This document shows, piece after piece, positions 30,513-40,020 of a stretch of DNA of 64,000 nucleotides. The stretch lies in assembly GCF_053078305.1 (NCBI RefSeq), contig NZ_CP166879.1; one strand, 5' to 3'. Below the pieces are notes generated by a model. It was given only the letters and a program-made list of their open reading frames with translations, was not told the origin of the DNA and made no database searches. Position numbers and translations under genes: made by a program. The stretch's first letter is position 1, and each line of letters begins with the position of its first letter.

Positions 30513-31252
30513 ACTGCTTTCTCCTTCTCAGCAAGTTCCTGACGAACCTTAATTTTATGCATAGCTGCCGGAGAGAGTTGATTACTGAAATCCAGACGCG
30601 CCGCATAATCCGGGGCAATTCCCGCCAGTTTAAACACCGGGTCCTGTTCAGGCATCGCATCGTTAGCCAGAGCCGGTCTGGTGATATGTTTATGAATAAA
30701 GTCTTTCAGCACTGTGTCCGGGTCATTAACTGAATTCACCACACCCACAACGGCACTGGCTTCCCGGCCCATTGTGGATTTAAGCAGGCTCAGCGTCTGA
30801 ATAAGCGCTTTTCCATGCGATTGCATAAAATCTTCCCAGATTTGTTTTGCGCGAATATCCACAAGAATGTTATGCGCGTGGATATACTTTCCGGCTAATT
30901 CCGCAGCTTTCTGCGGCAAAAGTGCATTTTCGCTTTCCTGAGCCGCCAGCAGCTCATCAAAATCCTCAAGCGTTTCTCGTCCCAGCGCAATTTCCGTGCG
31001 CAGTTTTTTCATTTCCTTTGAAACCACGCCCTGACTTTCACGAAACAGCGTGCGCCACTCCTCATTCAGTGTGTTCGTCGTGGCTTCCATCTCAGCGCGA
31101 CGCTGGCGGATTGTCGCAATATTATCCGCTGCCGCTTTCTGCTGACGACGTGCTTCAAGCCATGCGTTTCTGGCTGTGTTCATGGTTTCCAGTGCCCGCT
31201 GCGTTACAGCCGGAAAAGTGGAAAGGTTGTTATTCACTGCGGTGTTGTTCAT
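30509..31252 (-). CDS. P4-like late-operon protein (tentatively Sid-like capsid size-determination scaffold)
   Basis: 247-aa helical/coiled-coil-like protein, first gene of late operon; assignment by size and position only. Confidence 0.4.
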   Translation of the reverse strand: MNNTAVNNNLSTFPAVTQRALETMNTARNAWLEARRQQKAAADNIATIRQRRAEMEATTNTLNEEWRTLFRESQGVVSKEMKKLRTEIALGRETLEDFDELLAAQESENALLPQKAAELAGKYIHAHNILVDIRAKQIWEDFMQSHGKALIQTLSLLKSTMGREASAVVGVVNSVNDPDTVLKDFIHKHITRPALANDAMPEQDPVFKLAGIAPDYAARLDFSNQLSPAAMHKIKVRQELAEKEKAV

Positions 31253-31430
31253 GGCTTCTCCTGTCGGGTTGGTTCGTTACGTCAATTGTGTCGTGGCTGA
31301 CACAAGCACACTATCGGTGCTCAGTGTGTGGTGGCTGGCACAACGGGCGCTTGCGGTTATTCAGACGTGGCTATGAAAGCCAGCCAGATAAAAATGCCCT
31401 CAGTTTCAGTCTGCTTTATGTCCCTGATGC

Positions 31431-31618
31431 GGTGGAACAGGTGAAACATGTGTTACAGCTTTGTTTTATAAAGCACTTATATACACTGCACCGGTGGAAC
31501 ATCGCGGGTAACAAGGTGGAACAGCGGATTGGCTGGCGTTACATCTGTTCCACCTCACTATTTCAGAAGGTGGAACAGGTTCAGCCCTGTAAAATACGGT
31601 TGTTCCACCTGTTTCACC
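31431..31618. repeat. Iteron array (GGTGGAACA / TGTTCCACC, at least 7 copies in both orientations); probable P4-type ori/crr alpha-binding sites
   Basis: Repeats read directly downstream of the alpha gene; resemble the P4 TGTTCACC iteron. Confidence 0.6.
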
Positions 31619-31652
31619 TGTTACCCTTAATAAATAAGACTCACGCAAAGCC

Positions 31653-34325
31653 TTAACCCGGCACCTCGCTGTTGAAGACATAGAGCCTGCGGGGATTCAT
31701 CTCTGGCGGGCGAATGGTTGTCTGGAGTTTGCCATCAGTGGAGGGCAGCAGGTATCCACGATCTGCGCACAGACGAGCCACCTTGCGCGGGTCAAATCCC
31801 CTGCAGATTTCTTTCCAGCCGGACGGCATGACATAGAACGTAGTGACAGCTTCCGTGCCCTGCGCGGTACTGCCTTTCTCCACCCTGCGCCAGCCCACCA
31901 TATTGCCGGGGCGGTTGCGCTCGTCATACCAGTCTGCAAAGCGGCTGTACTGATTCGCGGTAAAGAAACTGCGAACCTGCTCCAGTGCGGCAATATCTTC
32001 CTGATTGGCGGTGTGCCCGCGATCTTTCAGCCATGCGTTCAGGCAGACGCGGGTTGCCCGCAGTGCTTCACCCTCAGGCCAGCCGGTGATACCCAGACGG
32101 GTTGCCAGTTCACCCGCCATCGCCACCAGTGCAAAGCGATTCACAGCCCGGCCCACCTGGTTGCCTGCATCTTTCGGAGTCAGGGCGGCAGCATATTCCT
32201 TCATCAGCGATTTTGCCTGTGCCGTTAGTCCGTTAAGATCAGCGGTCAGTGCTTTCAGCCACTCCCGGAACGGCGAACCGTAGTAGCAGGACGTGGCCCA
32301 TTCAAGATGCTCTGCCAGAGCCTTGCCGCTGTCGAAGCCGTGCAGCTCCTCAAAAACGCCAAACTTCCCGGAATCGCTGGGGATCTGGATCATCCTGACT
32401 TCCATCCCGGCAAAAGTACGCTCACCGGCCTTTGCCGCATGTTCGGTCAGAGATAACTCGCCAGTTGAAAAGAACAACAGGCGCCACTGCTTACGGGTAC
32501 GCAGCTCACCGTCCGTACCGGCACGACCCTTGCCCTGACCGTTTGCCAGCATGTAGGCGATACTGCCTGCCTCGCGTCCGTCAACTTCCCGGATCTCATC
32601 AAGCATCATGGCGGCATCGTTGCGGCGGCTGGCGCATCCCTCCAGCGCGTTGCCGGTGGCCCGCCATGTCTGCCAGTAGTCAGGCCCGCCGCAGACGGAG
32701 GTTGCCGCTTTCATGGTGGTGGTCTTACCGTCTGTCGATTCCCCTTTGAGGTGGTAGCCGCCGCCGTCCATACCAACCAGCCGTAACAGTGGTGCAGCAA
32801 AGGCCAGGCTGACAGCAAATGCCACGCGGGAGTTGCCGGTACAGTAGCGGGATACGTTCTCCCGCCATTCCTCTGTTGTACCCGACACGCGGAAATCACG
32901 CCCCTGCACGGAAGTGGTCTGGAGAATGACACCCTCTGCACCTTCACCGCTGACCTCATCCTGCAGGACGTAAACCTGACCATGCCAGCCAGTACGGCTG
33001 ACGCAGGTCACGCGGCGTTCCGGTTTACACAGTGAGATATATTCCATCAGGCGTGCGCGTGCCTCACCGGTGGTGCTGATATAAGACAGCCCGTTAACCA
33101 GCAGTACCCGGCGCAGTTCCTCACCACTGCCGCTCAGCATTTCCATCGGCATCGCCCAGCGGCGACGCTCACCCCATGTATCTTCCCATTCCAGCAGTCG
33201 TCCGAAGTTACCGCCATCGGCATCGCAGGTGATTGCCGTAACGCGCAGCGGGCTGCATATTTTGACGTTCTGGATCTCCGTCTCACCGTTGCGCTGTACC
33301 TGCTTTTCATACCAGAGATATTCCTGGGTAAGACGGAACCCGTGCGGCAGTTGCGTGCGGCCTTCCCCGCACAGTACCAGACCGTTGCGAAAGACTTCAC
33401 GGGCACGGGTAATACCGTGCTCCCGATGAAAGTCATTCCAGTCAGCCTTAATCTCTCCTGGTGGCAGCGTCATCCAGCCGCCAACAGCTTTTGCCGCCCG
33501 TTCAGCAAAGGCTCTGCCGGGATTCTCCCCCCCGTCCTGAAAATCGTTATCACCGGCGATGATAATTTTTACCTCAGGCCAGCGTGCCCGCAGCGACTGC
33601 GCCACATTGGGCAGGTTGCCCGCAGATATGGCAGCCACTACGCATCCGGCAGTGAGCTGGCTTACCGTCAGCGCCGTAGCGTAACCTTCGGTAATCACCA
33701 CCTGTACCGGTGGTTCAGACGGTAACGGGCTGAGCGACACAAACGCGCCTTTCATCGTGCTGCCGGGCAGTATGCTTTTTTCACCCGTCGGGGCGATAAG
33801 CTGTGCACCGGTCACGGCTCCGGTGTTGGTCGTGAGTGGTAACAGCAGAGAACCGGCAGGAAAATCCTTACCGCTGATATGCTGCACGCTTCCGGTCAGA
33901 GAGGCTGGGTATCCGGCGAACCCTTTTCCTGTCAGATAGGCGCTTTCTCCCGTGTGGCTCTCTTTCATCAGCGCCGCCACGGTAAGACCCATGTCGCGTT
34001 TAGGGGCTTTTTGTCTGGCAGGCTTAACAGGCAGTTCCTGCACATCCGGCACATTAAGCATCTGCGCCACCTCCTGCGCAGCCTTTCTGACGCTGTAACC
34101 GGTTACGAGCTTAACCAGATCCAGACCGTCACCATTGCCACACTGGCTGCAGATCCACGTCCCGCGCCCGTCAAGGTCATCAAGGCGAAAACGATCCTTG
34201 CCCCCACATTTCGGGCAGGGACCGTGCCTGCCGTTTTCAGGTACATCAATACGCAGCATCTGCAGAATAACGGGCCATTTCCCCCGCGCGGCGGCTGAAA
34301 TCTGCGTAACCGTCTGTATTGTCAT
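31653..34325 (-). CDS. P4 alpha-like primase/helicase replication protein
   Basis: 890 aa; N-terminal Cys-rich zinc-binding region (CPKCGG...CSQCGN), ATP-binding GESTDGKTT motif. Confidence 0.8.
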   Translation of the reverse strand: MTIQTVTQISAAARGKWPVILQMLRIDVPENGRHGPCPKCGGKDRFRLDDLDGRGTWICSQCGNGDGLDLVKLVTGYSVRKAAQEVAQMLNVPDVQELPVKPARQKAPKRDMGLTVAALMKESHTGESAYLTGKGFAGYPASLTGSVQHISGKDFPAGSLLLPLTTNTGAVTGAQLIAPTGEKSILPGSTMKGAFVSLSPLPSEPPVQVVITEGYATALTVSQLTAGCVVAAISAGNLPNVAQSLRARWPEVKIIIAGDNDFQDGGENPGRAFAERAAKAVGGWMTLPPGEIKADWNDFHREHGITRAREVFRNGLVLCGEGRTQLPHGFRLTQEYLWYEKQVQRNGETEIQNVKICSPLRVTAITCDADGGNFGRLLEWEDTWGERRRWAMPMEMLSGSGEELRRVLLVNGLSYISTTGEARARLMEYISLCKPERRVTCVSRTGWHGQVYVLQDEVSGEGAEGVILQTTSVQGRDFRVSGTTEEWRENVSRYCTGNSRVAFAVSLAFAAPLLRLVGMDGGGYHLKGESTDGKTTTMKAATSVCGGPDYWQTWRATGNALEGCASRRNDAAMMLDEIREVDGREAGSIAYMLANGQGKGRAGTDGELRTRKQWRLLFFSTGELSLTEHAAKAGERTFAGMEVRMIQIPSDSGKFGVFEELHGFDSGKALAEHLEWATSCYYGSPFREWLKALTADLNGLTAQAKSLMKEYAAALTPKDAGNQVGRAVNRFALVAMAGELATRLGITGWPEGEALRATRVCLNAWLKDRGHTANQEDIAALEQVRSFFTANQYSRFADWYDERNRPGNMVGWRRVEKGSTAQGTEAVTTFYVMPSGWKEICRGFDPRKVARLCADRGYLLPSTDGKLQTTIRPPEMNPRRLYVFNSEVPG

Positions 34326-34705
34326 ACTTCCCCCTGATACAACGTCACACCGGTACTGCAGAAGTCATCAAAGGCCGCCGGAAGCGTGCGGTACATCTCC
34401 GCCATCACTTCACAGCCGCGCGCGGTCAGTACCGGCGGCGCGGTCAGCAGTGACGGCTCCAGCATGTCAGTCAGCAGTGCCAGCGCGGCAGCGGCGCCCT
34501 GTGCTTCGCCGTACTCGTTAATCAGTGCGCACTCGATATGCAGCGCAATGGCCATTTCAATACGCTCCACCGTCAGGCTGTGCGGACCATACTGATCACT
34601 GCCAGTTTCGTTCAGCATTTTCTGCCGCCATGCTGAAGCAATAGCCCGTCGGTAAAGCGCGGTGGTCATTTCTGCCGGGAAAATGGAAACCTGCGGCTGG
34701 TTCAT
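34322..34705 (-). CDS. Hypothetical P4-like early protein
   Basis: 127-aa ORF overlapping alpha start by 4 nt (translational coupling). Confidence 0.5.
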   Translation of the reverse strand: MNQPQVSIFPAEMTTALYRRAIASAWRQKMLNETGSDQYGPHSLTVERIEMAIALHIECALINEYGEAQGAAAALALLTDMLEPSLLTAPPVLTARGCEVMAEMYRTLPAAFDDFCSTGVTLYQGEV

Positions 34706-34986
34706 CTGGCACCTCCTTCAATCAGTGCGCAGCTGTGTGCAATATCCGTCAAATCTGCCCGCAGGTACTCCATCAGCGCGGCGACACCAGGCGCACAGCC
34801 TGCGTCCAGTGCTCCGGCCTGAGACGGGTATTCAGAAAAGAGAAGCTGGAGCATGTCGCAGGCATTTCTTGCGCGGATCAGCTTTCCGAAACCGTCCTCT
34901 GACAACCCATAGGCAAAAGCACCGGTATTGTGTTTTTCAGGCAAAGTGTGGCCCTGAGCACCGTTGTGCCCGTTTGAAATATTCAT
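34702..34986 (-). CDS. Hypothetical P4-like early protein
   Basis: 94-aa ORF overlapping the next gene by 4 nt. Confidence 0.45.
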   Translation of the reverse strand: MNISNGHNGAQGHTLPEKHNTGAFAYGLSEDGFGKLIRARNACDMLQLLFSEYPSQAGALDAGCAPGVAALMEYLRADLTDIAHSCALIEGGAR

Positions 34987-35017
34987 CGTGAATTACTCCG
35001 TTTTCAGCGGTATTTTG

Positions 35018-35407
35018 TCAGAGAAACTTTGAATAGTGACCGTCGTCAGGCTCAGCAGAACGCCGTATGGTACGCTCCCGCCAGCGGATAAATAGCACAG
35101 ACGGATGCAGTGTCAGCGGGCCGGAACCACTACTGCCTGCAGGAGCTGGTGCAGGCTTAAAGAGCGGTACATCAAACAGGCGCGTATACCGCTGTTCAAA
35201 CCATGCCAGAGGGCAGGAAGAAAGCTGGTTGTCGCTGTCATGACGTATCAGCACTTCACAGCTGAATTCAGGATTAACCAGCGCCACAGAGGGCGAGGCT
35301 TCTATTAATCGGATAATCGTGACCGTCCAGCCACGTTCATGCCGCCAGCGTTCGCCGGGGTGCGGATAATTACGCATGTTCACCTCCGCAGGGAATGCGC
35401 CCGGCAA
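35018..35407 (-). CDS. Hypothetical P4-like early protein (true start possibly the internal Met at ~35377)
   Basis: 129-aa ORF in the same early-operon orientation. Confidence 0.4.
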   Translation of the reverse strand: MPGAFPAEVNMRNYPHPGERWRHERGWTVTIIRLIEASPSVALVNPEFSCEVLIRHDSDNQLSSCPLAWFEQRYTRLFDVPLFKPAPAPAGSSGSGPLTLHPSVLFIRWRERTIRRSAEPDDGHYSKFL

Positions 35408-35621
35408 AGCTCAGTACACAGTCCGGGGCAAGTCTGCGCCGCGCTGACCGCTCATTATCTGCGGTGAGCCTTAACATCACAGGACGGGCATTGCGTTGAC
35501 TGCGGTTGATCGCCGCAAATAACCAGGTACACTTCTGTTTAGCCATCTTCGTTACCTCATATAGCGGATTGGTCAGAAGCCCGGTTAGTGTTGCTGCACT
35601 GTCGGGCTTCGCACTCACAAG

Positions 35622-35713
35622 GTGAATCGCACCTTTAATTTTAAAGCTACCCTTAAGTGAATCGCACTTCAAGCTTTTTATTATCATTTTTTTTGCGTAT
35701 ACTGAATCGCACC
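35622..35713. promoter_or_regulatory. Three direct repeats of GTGAATCGCAC (35622, 35657, 35702) in the divergent control region; putative operator
   Basis: Repeats read directly upstream of the 61-aa + strand ORF and the early operon. Confidence 0.45.
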
Positions 35714-35733
35714 TAACGCGAGGAGATCCAGTA

Positions 35734-35919
35734 ATGGCAACGAGTTCAACTAACAACAAGTCGCAGCAACTTAATGCTCGTTTCCCACATGATGTAGTTG
35801 CAGAATTAGAAAGCAACCTTGAAGATGGAGAAACGAAAGCGCAATTCATTGTTACTGCTGTAAAAGGCGAGATTAAACGCCGACAGCGCAGGAAAAATAA
35901 GCCAGAGCAAGGAAGTTGA
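35734..35919 (+). CDS. Small basic protein (61 aa), possible DNA-binding regulator
   Basis: ORF with GAGGAG RBS; basic C-terminus (IKRRQRRKNK); no family verified. Confidence 0.4.
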   Translation: MATSSTNNKSQQLNARFPHDVVAELESNLEDGETKAQFIVTAVKGEIKRRQRRKNKPEQGS

Positions 35920-36030
35920 ATAGAGAAGCCAACAGACGTTCTCTCTGGTCCCATGTTAATTTCAGTAAGCGACAATATTTTTAAGCCCACAAATTCATTA
36001 TGTCGGGCTTTTTTATTAGTGATTTTCATA

Positions 36031-36246
36031 TCACTCACCACGAGAGGCATATATTTGCTCTTGAATCCAGTGATCAACTTCGCTTTCAACGAATGAAATT
36101 GCACGAGTTCCTATTTTCACCGGACGGGGAAATGTATTGTTTGCAAGCTGTTTGTAAAGCCATGCCTTGCTACGCTGAACGCGTCTTAATACCTCTTTTG
36201 CTGAGATAAGAGTCTGATTATCTGAAAAGCTGTTTGCATATTCCAT
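36031..36246 (-). CDS. alpA: AlpA-family phage transcriptional regulator / excisionase-like protein
   Basis: ...ISAKEVLRRVQRSKAWLYKQLANNTFPRPVKIGTRAISFVESEVDHWI AlpA-like HTH. Confidence 0.75.
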   Translation of the reverse strand: MEYANSFSDNQTLISAKEVLRRVQRSKAWLYKQLANNTFPRPVKIGTRAISFVESEVDHWIQEQIYASRGE

Positions 36247-36622
36247 CTTGTTACTCCGTGTTCTACTTAAGTTCACGGTGACTTTAAACACTGGGAAAAA
36301 GTGATTCTAGTGATAATGGAATCTATTAAGACAAACATTGATTCTATTGAAAAACAATAATCTCCACTGAAAAAAAGAAGTAATATTCATATGAAAGAAC
36401 ACGGAAAGAAGGAAATGCACAAAACAATAAAATTAATAAAATTCATATAGATAGGATGGAAAATCAAAAAATCATACGTCAAAAGGTATTATTACATTTT
36501 AACGATTCATATTACCTAGGAATTAGCACAGTATTACACCGTATTACATCGTATTACCCCCTATAGCCCCTTAGAGCCTCTTGTGGCCCTTCTATTGAGA
36601 GATAGCCAGAAAATTAATAAAT

Positions 36623-37261
36623 TCACTCTCCGTATTTTATAATGTCTTTCCCCAGCTTTATTTTCTTATAAAACGTAGCTTTTTTAATCCCTTTCATTAG
36701 AATCTCATTCTCATTACAAAAAGAAACAATATCATTATATATAACACTATTATCGCTATAACTTACCTTTCCATGTCTCTTAAGCAATTCAATTAGTAAA
36801 TAAATTAATTTACAACTATAATTATCCTCATCATCTTTTCTGTACTGCCCTCTACCATTACTCCTTAATTTTTTACCAACTTCACATAATTCACTTCCTC
36901 CTAACGTCATTAGAATATCGCTCCAATCTTTATTTTTTACCTGTTGTCGTAATGCGTTCTCAATTCTCTCCTTAATCTCCACAGGTACAATACCTTCCCT
37001 CTGAAAGATATAAGCAGCAGTTAATAATAAGTTCGCCTCCACTTTTTGCGTGGCGGATACGTTTTTATATTCATTAATTAATTGTAGATTTCTGGTTATT
37101 GCCTTTCTTAATCTAATAACCTCTTTTAATTGAACCTCAGTCAATTCATCATTTTCGGTATCATAGTCAAAACCATTCATAGCAAGCGCCACTTCGTGTG
37201 GCGTTATGTAAGTTAACCTATTAAAATAAAACAAATTATTATCAAATTGAGTATTGTTCAT
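36623..37261 (-). CDS. Hypothetical AT-rich protein (212 aa) between integrase and alpA; possible accessory cargo
   Basis: Clean ORF, low GC, no recognised motifs. Confidence 0.5.
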   Translation of the reverse strand: MNNTQFDNNLFYFNRLTYITPHEVALAMNGFDYDTENDELTEVQLKEVIRLRKAITRNLQLINEYKNVSATQKVEANLLLTAAYIFQREGIVPVEIKERIENALRQQVKNKDWSDILMTLGGSELCEVGKKLRSNGRGQYRKDDEDNYSCKLIYLLIELLKRHGKVSYSDNSVIYNDIVSFCNENEILMKGIKKATFYKKIKLGKDIIKYGE

Positions 37262-37290
37262 TTAAATCTCTCCGCAGCCCCCAATGGTAA

Positions 37291-38553
37291 TTATTTTCCA
37301 TGCATACGCGCAAAATCATATGGTGTGATAGATCCATTCTTATTAGCATCAATATAATCAGCCCACCATTGCAACATTAATCTTCTTTCTTCAAGATATT
37401 CGGAAGTATGCATATATGAACCTTTCACGTTTTTTCGTTCAACGTGGCTTAACTGTCTTTCAATGGCATCATCATTCCATAGTTTCGACTCACTTAGCGC
37501 ACCACGCGCCATAGTTCTAAACCCATGACCACATACTTCAGTTTTCGTATCATATCCCATTACACGTAAGGCGTTATTTACTGTATTTTCACTCATTACT
37601 TTTTTAGGATCATGATCGCTGGGAAATATAACCTCACCTTTACCACTCAAGGCATGTAAACGTTTAAAAATATCAAATGCTTGTTTGCTAAGCGGAACAA
37701 TATGTTCAGTTTTCATCTTCATCCCACGCTCAGAGTGTTTTACGCCGGGAATAGGCTTACGAATTCCGGGTATTGTCCACTCGCTTCGTTCAAAGTTAAC
37801 CTCACTCCAGCGAGCAAAACGCATCTCACTTGAACGTATAAATGTGAGTAGCGTTAATTCAACGGCAAGCCGTGTCATTAGTCGCCCTTTATAGCGTGAT
37901 AGTCTTTCAAGAAGCTCAGGAATTCTTTTTGGGGGTAGTGCTGGGTGGTGGGTTGCTTTAACGCTTAAAAGCGCTCCAGCCATATCGCATGCAGGATTTG
38001 ATTCAAGCAGGTCATTCTGCACACCAAAACGCATAATTGCGGTTACGCGCTGCATCAGTCGCTGCGCGACATCATGTTTACCTGCCGTATCGACAGCTTT
38101 GATTGGATTGAGAAGCTGGCTGGTTCTCAACGTTCTGGCATCGATTTGACCTATCGAGGGGAAAATATACTGCTCAAGTGTCAGCAGAACACGACGGCTA
38201 TGATCTTCGCTCCAAGTAAGGTTACTTGCGTGCCATTGCCTTGCGATAGTTTCAAATAAATATGCCCCCTCAATTTCAGCTTGTGCCCCCTTTTGCTCAG
38301 CTTTGGGGTCAATACCCTGAGACAACAATTTCTTTGCTGCATCGCGCTTACCCCGCGCTTCAGCCAAAGTGACAGTCGGGTATACACCAAAAGCGAGTCG
38401 ATCTTCCTTTTTGTCAGAGGGGCGGCGATATTTCATGCGCCAGTACTTAGAACCTTTAGGGGAGACCTCAAGATACAAGCCGCCTCCATCAGCCATTTTA
38501 TAAGCTTTCTCTTTCGGCTTTGCGGTCTCTATCTGGCGAGCGTTGAGTTTCAT
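37291..38553 (-). CDS. P4-type tyrosine integrase
   Basis: N-terminus MKLNARQIETAKPKEKAYKMADGGGLYLEV...; immediately adjacent to leuX. Confidence 0.9.
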   Translation of the reverse strand: MKLNARQIETAKPKEKAYKMADGGGLYLEVSPKGSKYWRMKYRRPSDKKEDRLAFGVYPTVTLAEARGKRDAAKKLLSQGIDPKAEQKGAQAEIEGAYLFETIARQWHASNLTWSEDHSRRVLLTLEQYIFPSIGQIDARTLRTSQLLNPIKAVDTAGKHDVAQRLMQRVTAIMRFGVQNDLLESNPACDMAGALLSVKATHHPALPPKRIPELLERLSRYKGRLMTRLAVELTLLTFIRSSEMRFARWSEVNFERSEWTIPGIRKPIPGVKHSERGMKMKTEHIVPLSKQAFDIFKRLHALSGKGEVIFPSDHDPKKVMSENTVNNALRVMGYDTKTEVCGHGFRTMARGALSESKLWNDDAIERQLSHVERKNVKGSYMHTSEYLEERRLMLQWWADYIDANKNGSITPYDFARMHGK

Positions 38554-38718
38554 TTTGGGGGCACAAATCCTCATCGAATTGACATGCCCCCGATTATGCC
38601 CCCAAAAGAGGGTAGACTACAAGAGACCAACAAAGACCATTAGATACCATACTTTACTTGTTTTTTAAGGATTTTTTTGTATTTAGAGACTTCAGGAAAC
38701 GTCAAAAGAAGTGTTAAT

Positions 38719-38803
38719 GGTGCCGAAGGCCGGACTCGAACCGGCACGTATTTCTACGGTTGATTTTGAATCAACTGCGTCTACCGATTTCGCCACTTCG
38801 GCA
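38719..38803 (-). tRNA. leuX: tRNA-Leu (anticodon CAA)
   Basis: Minus-strand GCCGAAGTGGCGAAATCGGTAGACGCAGTTGATTCAAAATCAACCGTAGAAATACGTGCCGGTTCGAGTCCGGCCTTCGGCACCA; 85 nt with CCA end. Confidence 0.93.
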
Positions 38804-38997
38804 CTGAAGAGGTATGCGGAAAACGTTGTGGATTATACCTGTCGCACGCCACCATGCAAGCGCCAGCTTGCTCGCACCTCGCTAAGTGCTGAAATTTTCA
38901 GCATTGCATACAGCGATGTGTAACCTTTGTCACACTCCAGGCACCCCTCCCTGCCATGCTCTACACTTCCCAGACAACACCAGAGAAGGACCAAAAA

Positions 38998-40017
38998 ATG
39001 TCGATGATAAAAAGCTATGCCGCAAAAGAAGCGGGCGGCGAACTGGAACTTTATGAGTACGATCCCGGTGAATTGAAGCCACAAGATGTTGAAGTGCAGG
39101 TGGATTACTGCGGGATCTGCCATTCCGATCTGTCGATGATCGACAACGAATGGGGATTTTCACAATATCCACTGGTTGCCGGGCATGAGGTGATTGGTCG
39201 CGTAGTGGCGCTCGGGAGTGCCGCGCAGGATAAAGGTTTGCAGGTCGGTCAGCGTGTCGGGATTGGCTGGACGGCACGCAGCTGCGGGCATTGCGATGCC
39301 TGTATTAGCGGTAATCAGATCAACTGCGAGCAAGGTGCGGTGCCGACGATTTTGAATCGCGGCGGTTTTGCCGAGAAGTTGCGTGCGGACTGGCAATGGG
39401 TAATCCCACTGCCAGAAAATATCGACATTGAATCTGCTGGGCCGCTGTTGTGCGGCGGTATCACGGTCTTTAAACCACTGTTGATGCACCATATCACTGC
39501 CACCAGCCGCGTCGGCGTGATTGGTATTGGCGGGCTGGGGCATATCGCTATAAAACTTCTGCACGCAATGGGATGCGAGGTGACAGCCTTTAGTTCTAAT
39601 CCGGCGAAAGAGCAGGAAGTACTGGCGATGGGTGCCGATAAAGTGGTGAATAGCCGCGATCCGCAGGCACTGAAAACTCTGGCGGGGCAGTTTGATCTCA
39701 TTATCAATACTGTGAACGTCAGCCTCGACTGGCAGCCTTATTTTGAGGCGCTGACCTATGGCGGTAATTTCCATACGGTCGGTGCGGTTCTCACGCCGCT
39801 GTCTGTTCCGGCCTTTACGTTAATTGCGGGCGACCGCAGCATCTCTGGTTCTGCTACCGGCACGCCTTATGAGCTGCGAAAGCTGATGCGCTTTGCCGCC
39901 CGTAGCAAGGTTGCGCCGACCACCGAACTGTTCCCGATGTCGAAAATTAACGACGCCATCCAGCATGTGCGCGACGGTAAGGCGCGTTACCGCGTGGTGT
40001 TGAAAGCCGATTTTTGA
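38998..40017 (+). CDS. ahr: NADPH-dependent aldehyde reductase Ahr (zinc-type alcohol dehydrogenase)
   Basis: Start at [20 protein letters not shown] and CGICHSD zinc-ADH motifs. Confidence 0.92.
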   Translation: MSMIKSYAAKEAGGELELYEYDPGELKPQDVEVQVDYCGICHSDLSMIDNEWGFSQYPLVAGHEVIGRVVALGSAAQDKGLQVGQRVGIGWTARSCGHCDACISGNQINCEQGAVPTILNRGGFAEKLRADWQWVIPLPENIDIESAGPLLCGGITVFKPLLMHHITATSRVGVIGIGGLGHIAIKLLHAMGCEVTAFSSNPAKEQEVLAMGADKVVNSRDPQALKTLAGQFDLIINTVNVSLDWQPYFEALTYGGNFHTVGAVLTPLSVPAFTLIAGDRSISGSATGTPYELRKLMRFAARSKVAPTTELFPMSKINDAIQHVRDGKARYRVVLKADF

Positions 40018-40020
40018 AAA

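Larger units (their letters stand above)
25997..38742. mobile_element. P4-like satellite prophage (phage-inducible chromosomal island) integrated at tRNA-Leu leuX
   Basis: P4-type integrase next to leuX, AlpA, alpha primase-helicase, iterons, Ogr/delta, flanking direct repeats. Confidence 0.85.

Noticed and set aside
30847-31656. 269-aa + strand ORF
   Set aside because: Antisense to the Sid-like gene and running through the iteron array; no support as a gene.
35370-36104. 244-aa minus-strand ORF spanning the satellite control region
   Set aside because: Overlaps the repeat-containing intergenic region, the 61-aa + ORF and alpA; low-complexity translation; likely spurious.
38711-38923. 70-aa + strand ORF
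   Set aside because: Overlaps the leuX tRNA gene on the opposite strand; artefact of six-frame translation.
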